A model generated the notes under the pieces. The model was not told the DNA's origin and ran no database searches. It saw nothing but the letters and a program-made list of their open reading frames with translations. From positions 2,304,001 through 2,368,000 of the forward strand of contig OZ254086.1 in NCBI GenBank assembly GCA_965267575.1: a DNA stretch of 64,000 nucleotides. The letters are read 5' to 3'. Source of the DNA: Calditrichales bacterium (GTDB taxonomy: Bacteria; Calditrichota; Calditrichia; Calditrichales; J004). Position 1 is the first letter of the stretch; each line of letters begins with the position of its first letter. Below, piece by piece: positions 39,700 to 48,584 of the stretch. Made by a program: the position numbers and the translations under genes.

Positions 39700-40932
39700 A
39701 TGAGTCGTAGATTTGAAAGCAAAAAAGATTCGATCCTGAAAATAAATCGCCTGGTAGAGGAGCTGGAATCGGACAAGGATGCGCAGGAAGCCGTTGTCGC
39801 TTTACGCACCAAATACGAAAACCTGCGCAAAAAATACGATCAGCTTGACAGGGTTTTTTCTTTTCACAAAGGGATTATTCAAAATATATCAGCGGGAATC
39901 GTAACCGTAGACCTGGAAGGACGCGTTACCTTTGCCAATCGTGCGGCGCTGCAGGCCACCGGCTATAAATCCGATGAGATTTTGTCGCGTCCGCTCAGCA
40001 CCGTGTTTGCCGATAAGGAGGAAGGGCAAAACGTTATCAGGCAGATTTTGAATGACAAAAAAATGTTTGAAAGCCGCGAAACGCAACTGGTTTCATCCGA
40101 CGGGCAAAGTATTCCCATAGGTTTTAGTACAACCTTGCTTTACCAGGGAGCGGAAAACAAACCCAGCGGAGTGATTTTTATATTCCGGGATATAAGTGAT
40201 CTGAACAATTTTCGCAAGCAAATGGCACGCATGGATCGTCTGGCTACCCTTGGCGAGCTTTCGGCCGGTATCGCCCATGAGATCCGCAATCCGCTGGCCG
40301 GTATAAAAACCTCGGCCCAGGTGCTGGAAGAAAGTTTCAGCCCCGGCGATTTCCGGTCACAGCTTGTCTCAAGGATCGTTAAAGAGATAGACCGCAGTAA
40401 CAAACTGTTGCAGCGTTTTTTCAACTTTGCCAAGCCCAGCCGTCCAAAGCCGCAGTTTCACAGCCTGGTAAGTATTATTGACGGTGTTTACCTGCTGTTG
40501 GCAAACAGGCTGGCCAAACGTAAAATTCTGTTCGAAATGGAAATCGAGGAGAATCTGCCACCCGTGTTTATCGATGAGAGCCAGTTTGAGCAGGTGATCC
40601 TTAACCTGTTTCTAAATGCCATGGATGCCATGCAGGACGGCGGCAAGATCAAAGTTGCCGCACACATGGAAAACACATCGGCCGAGGGAGACCCGGCCAC
40701 GCGCAAATACGTGCGGGTAGAGGTGCGCGATAACGGCAAAGGAATCGAAGAAAATATGCTTGAACGCATATTCAACCCGTTTTTTACGACAAAAAGTAAT
40801 GGCGTGGGATTGGGCCTGTCCATCACCTCACGCCTGCTGGATGAAAACAATTGTAAAATCGAAGTATCATCCACACCCGGTAAAGGCAGCGTTTTTACCG
40901 TCCTTTTACCCCATGTGGCTGAAGAAGCGTAA
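39700..40932 (+). CDS. Soluble PAS-domain sensor histidine kinase with N-terminal coiled coil
   Basis: PAS (GIVTVD..G.VTFAN...IFRDI), HisKA AHEIRNPL, HATPase NLFLNAMDA, DNGKG, FFTTK and GVGLGL; no TM segment. Confidence 0.92.
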   Translation: MSRRFESKKDSILKINRLVEELESDKDAQEAVVALRTKYENLRKKYDQLDRVFSFHKGIIQNISAGIVTVDLEGRVTFANRAALQATGYKSDEILSRPLSTVFADKEEGQNVIRQILNDKKMFESRETQLVSSDGQSIPIGFSTTLLYQGAENKPSGVIFIFRDISDLNNFRKQMARMDRLATLGELSAGIAHEIRNPLAGIKTSAQVLEESFSPGDFRSQLVSRIVKEIDRSNKLLQRFFNFAKPSRPKPQFHSLVSIIDGVYLLLANRLAKRKILFEMEIEENLPPVFIDESQFEQVILNLFLNAMDAMQDGGKIKVAAHMENTSAEGDPATRKYVRVEVRDNGKGIEENMLERIFNPFFTTKSNGVGLGLSITSRLLDENNCKIEVSSTPGKGSVFTVLLPHVAEEA

Positions 40933-40953
40933 TATTGGCAGGAGTAAGGCGAT

Positions 40954-41319
40954 ATGACCAAGCGGCTTTTGATCGTAGATGATGAAGAGACTCTGACCTT
41001 CAGTCTTTATCAAAGCTTTATTTTATCGGACAAGGATTATGAAGTGGTAACGGCGGATTCCGGAGAGGAAGCGCTTAAGCGTATCCGCGAACAGACTTTC
41101 GACCTGGTGATCACGGATATTTTTATGCCCGGCATTACCGGAGTAGAGCTGCTCAGGCGCATTAAGCAGGAGTGGCCCACCACGGAGGTGATTATTATGA
41201 CGGCCTATGGCTCCGAGGCAAAAAAAGATGAAGTGGAGGCTATGGGAGCCCGCTATTATTTCGAAAAGCCTTTTGAAATAAAAGAATTCAGACAAAAAGT
41301 ATTTGATATTTTAGGATAA
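40954..41319 (+). CDS. Single-domain response regulator (CheY-like)
   Basis: LLIVDD, ITDIFMP, MTAYG and EKPF. Confidence 0.92.
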   Translation: MTKRLLIVDDEETLTFSLYQSFILSDKDYEVVTADSGEEALKRIREQTFDLVITDIFMPGITGVELLRRIKQEWPTTEVIIMTAYGSEAKKDEVEAMGARYYFEKPFEIKEFRQKVFDILG

Positions 41320-41320
41320 A

Positions 41321-41962
41321 ATGGCGCTTGTCGGAAACTTAAAAGATTTAAAACTTCCCAGTTTGATTCAATTAAACTGCATGGAAAGAAACAATGCCAA
41401 GCTTACCATTGAGCGTGGCGGCAAATACGGCTTCATCTATTTTGAAGACGGGCAGGTAACGCACGCCGAGTTCGATCCGCACATTGGTGAAGAGGCGGTC
41501 TATGACCTGCTAACGCTTTTTGATGGCAAATTCAAGGTAGAGAACGATGTCCGCCCGCCCGTACGCACAATCCACACCAGTTGGAGCAATTTGCTGTTGG
41601 AGGGCCTGCACAAGCTTGATCACGCGCAGGATGAGCCCGAAAGCAAACACCGCAACATGTTTGAACGGATGCTCACTTTGAAGGGCGTGCAGGGCGTGGC
41701 ACTGGTTGACGAAAAAGGTAAGATAGTAGACAGCACCACCGATGGTACGCGTGATCTGCCCAGCGTTGCTTTTATTATGCTGCAGGCTGATAAAATAGGC
41801 GCTTTAACCGAAAACGGCGCGACGGAGTACGTGAGCATTCTTATGCCGGGCAAGCGCTATATGATGGTGCATTATGCCAAAAAATTCGTTTTGATCATAC
41901 TCGATCCCAAAGTAAAGAGTGATACAATCCTTCCACTTATAAAACAGGCTCTTGGACATTAA
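41321..41962 (+). CDS. DUF4388 (PATAN) domain fused to a roadblock-like domain
   Basis: N-terminal GNLKDLKLPSLIQ..GFIYFEDGQVTHA..GEEAVY..LLLEGL; C-terminal LKGVQGVALVDEKG. Confidence 0.78.
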   Translation: MALVGNLKDLKLPSLIQLNCMERNNAKLTIERGGKYGFIYFEDGQVTHAEFDPHIGEEAVYDLLTLFDGKFKVENDVRPPVRTIHTSWSNLLLEGLHKLDHAQDEPESKHRNMFERMLTLKGVQGVALVDEKGKIVDSTTDGTRDLPSVAFIMLQADKIGALTENGATEYVSILMPGKRYMMVHYAKKFVLIILDPKVKSDTILPLIKQALGH

Positions 41963-41963
41963 T

Positions 41964-42404
41964 ATGAGTACAATTGATAACTGGCTGGATGAGATCCTTA
42001 AAGTGCCGGGGACAGATGGCGTATTTGTTGCCACAGGCCGGGGCAAAGTGGCGATAAAAAAAGCCGTGCCCTACAAAGAAAAGGAACTGGAAGAACTGTC
42101 CATGCGGGTTCTGCGCATGATTGCCGTTTTTGGCGACCAGGATGATAAGATCAATGAAGTGGAGATTGCCTGGAAAAACCATGTGGTAATTTGCAAGGTG
42201 TCCAATAATATCCTGCTGATTACTTTTTGTAAAAGCCCGCAGGTGTTGTCGTTATTGCGTATAACGCTCAATGTCTCATTATCACACTTGTTACAGGAAA
42301 AGAAAATAATTAAGATGGCGCGTAGTCACGTTACGGATCGCAATATCGTTTTGCGTCGCGGTAACTTTGATGAACAGGAAATGAGCCTTCTTACCAACTT
42401 ATAG
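41964..42404 (+). CDS. Roadblock/LC7-like protein (MglB/MglC-like paralog)
   Basis: LDEILKVPGTDGVFVATGRG helix-strand-strand start; C-terminal LSLLRITLN parallels MglB LGLIRIYTK. Confidence 0.6.
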   Translation: MSTIDNWLDEILKVPGTDGVFVATGRGKVAIKKAVPYKEKELEELSMRVLRMIAVFGDQDDKINEVEIAWKNHVVICKVSNNILLITFCKSPQVLSLLRITLNVSLSHLLQEKKIIKMARSHVTDRNIVLRRGNFDEQEMSLLTNL

Positions 42405-42463
42405 GCGGAAAAAGCTTAACTTTTTGGTTTTATTACCGTTAAGAGGCACAATAAGGTTCGAAG

Positions 42464-42952
42464 GTGGCAGCAATTCGCAAAAATTTTATATCACATCCAC
42501 AGGTTGTTTACAAAAAATCGGAGATCAAATCGGCCACAGGTCTGAATTTGAGGTCCGCCGAGTGGGCCGTGCTCACGCAGGTAGACGGCCTGCAGACGTT
42601 ATCCGAGATCGCCGCCACATTATCCATGAGCGCAAAAGAAGTGGCGCGTATTATGTACACGCTTTTCCAGCATGAGTTGGTAATAATTCACAGCGCGCAC
42701 AAAAAAGAGGAAAGTTTTGTAAGCCCGCGTTTTTTTGAAGACATTCAAACCAATCTTACGATGATCATCGGCCCTGTGGCGCCTTATGTGATCGATGACG
42801 TTTTGCAGGAAATGAATTTGGGTAAATTGAAATTCCCTTTGGACAAAGCCGCGGAATTTATCGAAAATGTAAGCGATGAGATTGAAGACGATCAAAAAAA
42901 GATTATTTTCCAGAGCCGCATGCTGGAGTATTTAAAGAAGGCGGAATACTAA
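42464..42952 (+). CDS. Uncharacterised protein: winged-helix-like N-terminus plus small helical C-terminal domain
   Basis: EWAVLTQVDG..TLSEIAATLSMS..EVARIMYTL (DUF742/wHTH-like); IIGPVAPYVIDD motif; GTG start. Confidence 0.6.
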   Translation: MAAIRKNFISHPQVVYKKSEIKSATGLNLRSAEWAVLTQVDGLQTLSEIAATLSMSAKEVARIMYTLFQHELVIIHSAHKKEESFVSPRFFEDIQTNLTMIIGPVAPYVIDDVLQEMNLGKLKFPLDKAAEFIENVSDEIEDDQKKIIFQSRMLEYLKKAEY

Positions 42953-42955
42953 AAT

Positions 42956-43693
42956 ATGATAAGTTTAAGATGGAAAATAAGCGGCATACTTGTGTTTAGT
43001 AACCTGCTGCTTGGGCTCATTCTTGTTATTATAATAAACCGTACGGTAGCAGAAAAAATCGAAACGGAGCTGATAGAGCGCGGCAGGACAATTGGAACAA
43101 ACCTGGCCACTTACGCATCAGAAAGCATATTAAGCGAAGATGTGGTGGGGCTGCGCCAACTTATTACAAGTGCCTTAAGCTTTGAGAGTGTTTCTTATCT
43201 GCTGATTCAAAACAGCGAAATGGAAATACTTGCCGAGACATTTAACGGTCAGGTTCCGGATGAGTTGAGGACGCTTTTGAGTTCAGAGCCGGGAGATCAG
43301 CCCGTACCGGTTTTTATCAGCCAGGAAGATCAATATTGTTATGATATCAGTGTGCCGGTGGAGGAAGGATATCTGGGCTATGTGCATGTTGGCATGCGCC
43401 AGGCCTATATAGAGGAAACGGTAAGTGAGATCACCTATCTGATCGTTGGGATTATTGCCGGACTGACTTTGGTTGGCATAGTTGTTGTGTTATTTCTTGC
43501 AAATCGCATAATAACACCTATAATTTATTTAACACAAAAAGCAAATGATATCAGCCAGGGCAAGCTTGATACGAAGGTGAGTGTAGAGACGCGTGATGAG
43601 ATTCAGCATCTGGGCGAGGCATTGGAAAGGCTGCGTGAAAGCGTGAAGATGGCCCTGGAACGTCTTCAAAAAAGACAATCGACGCGAATATAA
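42956..43693 (+). CDS. Membrane sensor: TM, periplasmic (Cache-like) domain, TM, HAMP; no output domain
   Basis: Two hydrophobic helices; HAMP PIIYLTQKANDISQGKL...DEIQHLGEALERLR; ends about 15 aa later. Confidence 0.82.
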   Translation: MISLRWKISGILVFSNLLLGLILVIIINRTVAEKIETELIERGRTIGTNLATYASESILSEDVVGLRQLITSALSFESVSYLLIQNSEMEILAETFNGQVPDELRTLLSSEPGDQPVPVFISQEDQYCYDISVPVEEGYLGYVHVGMRQAYIEETVSEITYLIVGIIAGLTLVGIVVVLFLANRIITPIIYLTQKANDISQGKLDTKVSVETRDEIQHLGEALERLRESVKMALERLQKRQSTRI

Positions 43694-43711
43694 ACCAAGA
43701 TGGAGTAACGT

Positions 43712-44224
43712 ATGGTACAAACGAGGAAACTTAAGGATGGAAGCCGCCAGGTTATTCTGAACGGAAAGCAATATGACGGAATAACCAAAGTCCTTACCGA
43801 ACTGGCCAATAAGACCAAAGCCTCGGCCATCCTTTTTGCGGACATGAGCGGGCAGCTTATAAGCCAGCGCGGCAACACGGACAATATGAATACCACCGTG
43901 CTCTCGGCTCTTGCCGCGAGTGACTTTGCCGCTACGTCCGAAATGGCCAAATTGGTTGGTGAAGAGGCCAAGTTTAAGCTCCTTTTTCACGAAGGAGAAA
44001 AGCGAAATGTGTATCTTTCCAACGTCGGCGACAATTTTTTTCTTGTAGTTGTTTTCGATGTGAGTGTAACTTTGGGACTTATTCGGATTTATACAAAGAA
44101 GGCGATTGAAGACCTTTCCACTATTCTGGAAGACGACAGCGATTCCGGTGAAGAACAGGAAAAGCTTATAGACAGTGATTTCAGCAGCCTTCTGGGTGAT
44201 GCTCTTGATGATACCTTCAAGTGA
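43712..44224 (+). CDS. mglB: MglB-like roadblock/LC7 GTPase regulator
   Basis: D.SGQLI, LSALAASDFAAT..MAKLVGE..F..LFHEGE, LVVVFD...LGLIR; acidic C-terminal helix. Confidence 0.85.
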   Translation: MVQTRKLKDGSRQVILNGKQYDGITKVLTELANKTKASAILFADMSGQLISQRGNTDNMNTTVLSALAASDFAATSEMAKLVGEEAKFKLLFHEGEKRNVYLSNVGDNFFLVVVFDVSVTLGLIRIYTKKAIEDLSTILEDDSDSGEEQEKLIDSDFSSLLGDALDDTFK

Positions 44225-44265
44225 TTGTTGAGCTACGGTAAAACGTTTAAGATACGAGGCGGATA

Positions 44266-44850
44266 ATGTTTATAAATTGGGCATTGCAGGAAATAAACCT
44301 GAAAATCGTCTACTATGGACCCGGTATGAGTGGCAAAACCACCAATCTGGAATACATTCACAACAAACTGGATCCATCGCTGACGGGCGATCTGGTCTCT
44401 CTTAAAACCAAAGAAGACCGGACCATATTTTTCGATTTCATGCAGATAGAGGTAGGGAAGATAAAAGGAAAGAAGCCAAAGTTTAATCTTTATACCGTAC
44501 CCGGGCAGGTTTATTATGCCTCCAGCCGTAAGGTAATACTGAACGGTGTAGACGGTATTGTCTTTGTTGCCGATTCCCAGCCTCACCGCATGGAAGCCAA
44601 CATCGAAACGCTGCTTGACCTTGAAAGCAATCTCAAAGCGGACGGCCATACGCTGGAAGAATTCCCCTGGGTGATACAATATAATAAGCGTGACCTGCCC
44701 GGAGCGGAGTCGCTGGATGTGCTTGAGAAAAAACTGAACTTCTTCGGTGTACCATCCTATGAAGGAGTTGCCGTGCGCGGCGACGGCGTTTTCGACACGC
44801 TAAAGGCGACAATAAACCTGGTCGTCAAAAACGTACAAGATCAACTCTAA
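44266..44850 (+). CDS. mglA: MglA-like small Ras-family GTPase
   Basis: EINLKIVYYGPGMSGKTTNL, DRTIFFDF, LYTVPGQ, DGIVFVADS and NKRD. Confidence 0.93.
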   Translation: MFINWALQEINLKIVYYGPGMSGKTTNLEYIHNKLDPSLTGDLVSLKTKEDRTIFFDFMQIEVGKIKGKKPKFNLYTVPGQVYYASSRKVILNGVDGIVFVADSQPHRMEANIETLLDLESNLKADGHTLEEFPWVIQYNKRDLPGAESLDVLEKKLNFFGVPSYEGVAVRGDGVFDTLKATINLVVKNVQDQL

Positions 44851-44853
44851 TAC

Positions 44854-44882
44854 AAAAACCTTCTCCGGTGAGAAGGTTTTTT
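44854..44882 (+). terminator. Intrinsic terminator after mglA
   Basis: AAAAACCTTCTC-CGGT-GAGAAGGTTTTTT. Confidence 0.85.
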
Positions 44883-44895
44883 CTTATCTCGCACT

Positions 44896-46215
44896 GTGAC
44901 AGATAAAACAACCCCCGGTACAGACGCAAAGAATAAAAGGCGTACCGACCGTAAGGCTATATTTGCCTGGTCCCTGTACGACTTTGCCAATACGTCGTTT
45001 AGTGTAATTGTTGTTACGGTTGTCTACGCAGTTTATTTCCGGGACTACATTGTAGCGGACTTTTCCCTGTCCCTTTCCGGATTGCGGTACAACCCGGGCG
45101 ACTTTTTGTGGAGCGTTGCGGGCTCCACCTCAATGTTTCTGGTAGCTATCTCCTCGCCCGTTCTGGGCGCCGCTGCCGATTATTCTCAACGCAAAAAATG
45201 GTTTGTTTTCAGCTACAGCATGCTGTGCATTTGTTGCACGATCTCCCTCTATTTTCTCGAACCCGGTATGATCTGGCAGGGAATGGTTTTATTTATACTG
45301 GCCAATTTTGGTTTTGAGGGGGCGATTGTTTTTTACAATGGCTTTTTACCGCAGATTTCCAATTCTTCCAATATCGGCAGAATTTCCGGCTACGGTTTTG
45401 CCCTTGGCTATGTGGGTGCTTTGTGCGCTTTGCTTATCGCGTTGTTCTATGCGGACATGGCAGCTTCCGCTTCCGATTTAAGCCTTATGCGTCCCAGCTT
45501 CGTTTGGGCCGGCTTGTTCTTCCTTACTTTTTCGCTGCCTTTTTACTTTTTTGTACCGGACAAACCCCTTATACGCCATCGTGAGGCTATAAGCTATTTT
45601 AAGGCCGGTGTCCGGCGCACTATAAACACACTAAAGGAAATCCGCCGTTATCCAAACTTGTTCAGGTTCCTGCTTGCCTATTTTGTTTATATCGATGGCG
45701 TCAATACCGTCATCTTTTTCGGGGCGATCTTTGCCACTCAAACACTGGGCTTTACAATGGTCGAGGTGATTACTTTTTTTGCGATCATTCAATTTGCGGC
45801 CATAGCCGGTGCTTACAGTTTTGGTTTTTTAACGGACAAAATCGGACCCAAGAAGACAATTCAGACAACCTTGTTTTTATGGATGGCCGTAACGGTTGGC
45901 GCTTTCTTCAGCCATGATGCGATGACCTTTTACGGGGTCGGGGTTCTGGCCGGAATTGCCATGGGTTCCTGCCAGGCCGCCAGCCGCGCCATGATGGCAC
46001 ATTTTATCCCTGAAGACATGGAAGCCGAGTTTTACGGCTTTTATGCTATGATGGGAAAATTCAGCGCTATCTTAGGCCCGCTTGTTTTTGGCTTTGTCTC
46101 CTCCATAAGCGGCGATCAGCGCCTTGCTGTTTTATCGGTTACGCTCTTTTTTGTAGCCGGGCTTATTTTGCTGGGCAGGGTTCATCCCGGATCATCCAAA
46201 AAATTAGTTATATAA
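44896..46215 (+). CDS. MFS transporter (ATG22/UMF1-like)
   Basis: AWSLYDFAN, SPVLGAAAD, YNGFLP, GRISGYG and EFYGFY; about 12 TM helices. Confidence 0.88.
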   Translation: MTDKTTPGTDAKNKRRTDRKAIFAWSLYDFANTSFSVIVVTVVYAVYFRDYIVADFSLSLSGLRYNPGDFLWSVAGSTSMFLVAISSPVLGAAADYSQRKKWFVFSYSMLCICCTISLYFLEPGMIWQGMVLFILANFGFEGAIVFYNGFLPQISNSSNIGRISGYGFALGYVGALCALLIALFYADMAASASDLSLMRPSFVWAGLFFLTFSLPFYFFVPDKPLIRHREAISYFKAGVRRTINTLKEIRRYPNLFRFLLAYFVYIDGVNTVIFFGAIFATQTLGFTMVEVITFFAIIQFAAIAGAYSFGFLTDKIGPKKTIQTTLFLWMAVTVGAFFSHDAMTFYGVGVLAGIAMGSCQAASRAMMAHFIPEDMEAEFYGFYAMMGKFSAILGPLVFGFVSSISGDQRLAVLSVTLFFVAGLILLGRVHPGSSKKLVI

Positions 46216-46222
46216 CCTTACA

Positions 46223-47143
46223 TTGTTCGGCATTGCATTGTTACGATCTCTTAAAATATTTATATTCTGCAGCTTAACGATGACATTTTCGGTTGCTGCG
46301 GCAAGCCAGATGTCTACGGTCCGTTTTCTTGAGCGATATGATCTTATCTATCCGCAGGAGGACAGCACGCTGGCCCGCCGCCTTATTGAAAAAAGCAAAC
46401 CGCTTATTATTGAGGCAGAGCGTTTTTTTGAGTTCAGACCGGTTTCCATCGTTTCGGTTTATTTAACGCGGTCCGCGCCTGAATTTTATGAATACGCCAG
46501 ATCGAGCGTGCCGGAATGGGCCCAGGCAGTGGCAATTCCGAGTAAGAACCTGATAGTCATCAAGTATGATTCTCCGGAAGCTATAAACAGGCTGCCGCAA
46601 TTGTTGTTGCACGAGATGGCCCATATTTACCTAGAGCGCAGCGGTCTGAGCGAGGAAATGCCGGTTTGGCTCCACGAGGGGCTGGCGCAATGGATCAGCC
46701 ACGAAGAGTTGACGCTGGATGAACGGGTTCTGATCTCCGCGGCATTGTATGGTAACAGGCTGGTTTCTTTTGCGGAGATGGATTCCGTTTTACACAAAAT
46801 GCCGCAGCAGGTTACGCTGATTTACGCACTGGCCCGTTCGGCGATCGATTACCTGGAGCAGAATTACGGACGCCAGGCGCTGAAAGAGCTACTGGCAAGG
46901 CTGGCCGAAAACGAGCCGCTTGAGAAGGCGTTTCTCAACGTAACGGGTACAGAGCTTATCGACTTCGAGTTTGGCTGGTATGCCTGGCTGGAAGATAAAT
47001 ACCGCTGGATGTTTTTATTGAGTTTTAACAATTTGTTATGGACGGGGCTCGTTTTACTTTTCCTGATTGCCGTCTGGAGAGTTTGGGCGCGCAACAGGAA
47101 AACGCGAAAAAGCTGGGAAGACGACCCGTTTGAGGAAATGTGA
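46223..47143 (+). CDS. Peptidase MA-like zinc metalloprotein with C-terminal membrane anchor
   Basis: HEMAH followed by PVWLHEGLA; C-terminal TM helix and basic tail. Start is uncertain. Confidence 0.75.
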   Translation: MFGIALLRSLKIFIFCSLTMTFSVAAASQMSTVRFLERYDLIYPQEDSTLARRLIEKSKPLIIEAERFFEFRPVSIVSVYLTRSAPEFYEYARSSVPEWAQAVAIPSKNLIVIKYDSPEAINRLPQLLLHEMAHIYLERSGLSEEMPVWLHEGLAQWISHEELTLDERVLISAALYGNRLVSFAEMDSVLHKMPQQVTLIYALARSAIDYLEQNYGRQALKELLARLAENEPLEKAFLNVTGTELIDFEFGWYAWLEDKYRWMFLLSFNNLLWTGLVLLFLIAVWRVWARNRKTRKSWEDDPFEEM

Positions 47144-47159
47144 TTTAAGGAGGGATCTT

Positions 47160-47705
47160 ATGTACGTACCTAAAAAACTGTTTTTTACAAAGGGCATCGG
47201 CGTACACAGGGAGAAACTTACGAGTTTTGAGCAGGCCCTGCGTAATGCCGGTATCGCGCCGTTTAACCTTGTGGCTGTTTCCAGTATCTACCCTGCCGGA
47301 TGTAAGATTATCCCGCCGGAAGATGGCCTGAAAGAACTGATCCCGGGGCAAATCGTACATGCGGTCTACAGTCGTTCACAAACCTGCGAACCCAATCGCC
47401 GCATCGCTTCTTCCATAGGCGTTGCCCGGCCAAAGGATGAAAAACTGTATGGCTACCTGAGCGAACATCACAGCCATGGCGAAACGGCTGAACAGGCCGG
47501 GAACTACGCTGAAGACCTTGCTGCTGAAATGCTCGCTACTATTCTGGGAGTAGAATTTGATCCTGACTCTTCATGGGACGAAAAGCGTCAGCACTGGCAA
47601 ATCTCCGATAAAATAGTTGAAACCCGCAATATAACCGCTGCCGCTACCGGAGATGAAAACGGTCGCTGGACCACGGTACTGACAGCGGCCGTGTTACTGC
47701 CGTAA
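47160..47705 (+). CDS. pdaD: Pyruvoyl-dependent arginine decarboxylase
   Basis: LTSFEQALRNAGIAPFNLVAVSSI (Ser-Ser self-cleavage site) and YGYLSEHH. Confidence 0.9.
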   Translation: MYVPKKLFFTKGIGVHREKLTSFEQALRNAGIAPFNLVAVSSIYPAGCKIIPPEDGLKELIPGQIVHAVYSRSQTCEPNRRIASSIGVARPKDEKLYGYLSEHHSHGETAEQAGNYAEDLAAEMLATILGVEFDPDSSWDEKRQHWQISDKIVETRNITAAATGDENGRWTTVLTAAVLLP

Positions 47706-47714
47706 GGAGACCCC

Positions 47715-48578
47715 GTGGCGCAAACTAATTTTCTGGGGCTGGAACCTGAATTCACCAATCTGCAGGACGCCCCAACCGTTATTATTCCCGTGCCTTATGA
47801 GCAAACGGTAAGCTACGGCGGGGGAACCGAAAAGGGCCCCGGTGCCATCCTGGAGGCCTCGGCCTATGTGGAATTGTATGACGAAGAGCTGGACGGCGAA
47901 ATTTATCGTAGCGGCATTCATACGGCTGAAGCCGTCTCTTTTGAGGGTGATGTGGAAACAGACTTCCGGCGCATCACCAATACCTTTCAGAAATACCTCG
48001 AACTGGGGAAATTCCCGGTTGGCCTTGGCGGAGAACACAGCCTCTCTTTTCCGGTCTATCGTGCTTTTCATCAATATTACAAGGGCGATATTTCGGTACT
48101 GCAATTCGACGCGCATTCCGATCTGCGGGAAAGTTATGAAGGTTCCGTATATTCTCACGCCAGCGTAATGAAACGTATTTACGATATGAATGAATCGATT
48201 GTACAAGTGGGTATACGCGCCCAGTGTGTTGAAGAAGCTGAGCTGATCCGGAACAGGAAAATTGCTACGCACTACGCGCACACCCTGAACGCCAACGGAT
48301 TTGGTGACGAAATTATCGAAGGCCTTAAGGAGAATGTATTTATAACCTTTGACGTTGATTACTTTGATCCCGCCATTATGCCATCCACTGGTACGCCTGA
48401 ACCCGGAGGATTTCACTGGTATGAAACGATAGATTTTCTCCGCCGGGTTTTTAAGAATCGCAACGTTGTTGGTTTTGATGTTGTGGAACTGAGCCCCATA
48501 GAAGGCTTGCATCACGCTGAATTTACTGTTGCCAAACTCATTTATAAAATGATCGGAATGAAATATCTCTTAAGGTAA
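47715..48578 (+). CDS. speB: Agmatinase
   Basis: GGEHS, DAHSD, SHAS, DVDYFDP, TGTPEPGG and DVVEL. Confidence 0.9.
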   Translation: MAQTNFLGLEPEFTNLQDAPTVIIPVPYEQTVSYGGGTEKGPGAILEASAYVELYDEELDGEIYRSGIHTAEAVSFEGDVETDFRRITNTFQKYLELGKFPVGLGGEHSLSFPVYRAFHQYYKGDISVLQFDAHSDLRESYEGSVYSHASVMKRIYDMNESIVQVGIRAQCVEEAELIRNRKIATHYAHTLNANGFGDEIIEGLKENVFITFDVDYFDPAIMPSTGTPEPGGFHWYETIDFLRRVFKNRNVVGFDVVELSPIEGLHHAEFTVAKLIYKMIGMKYLLR

Positions 48579-48584
48579 GAACGC

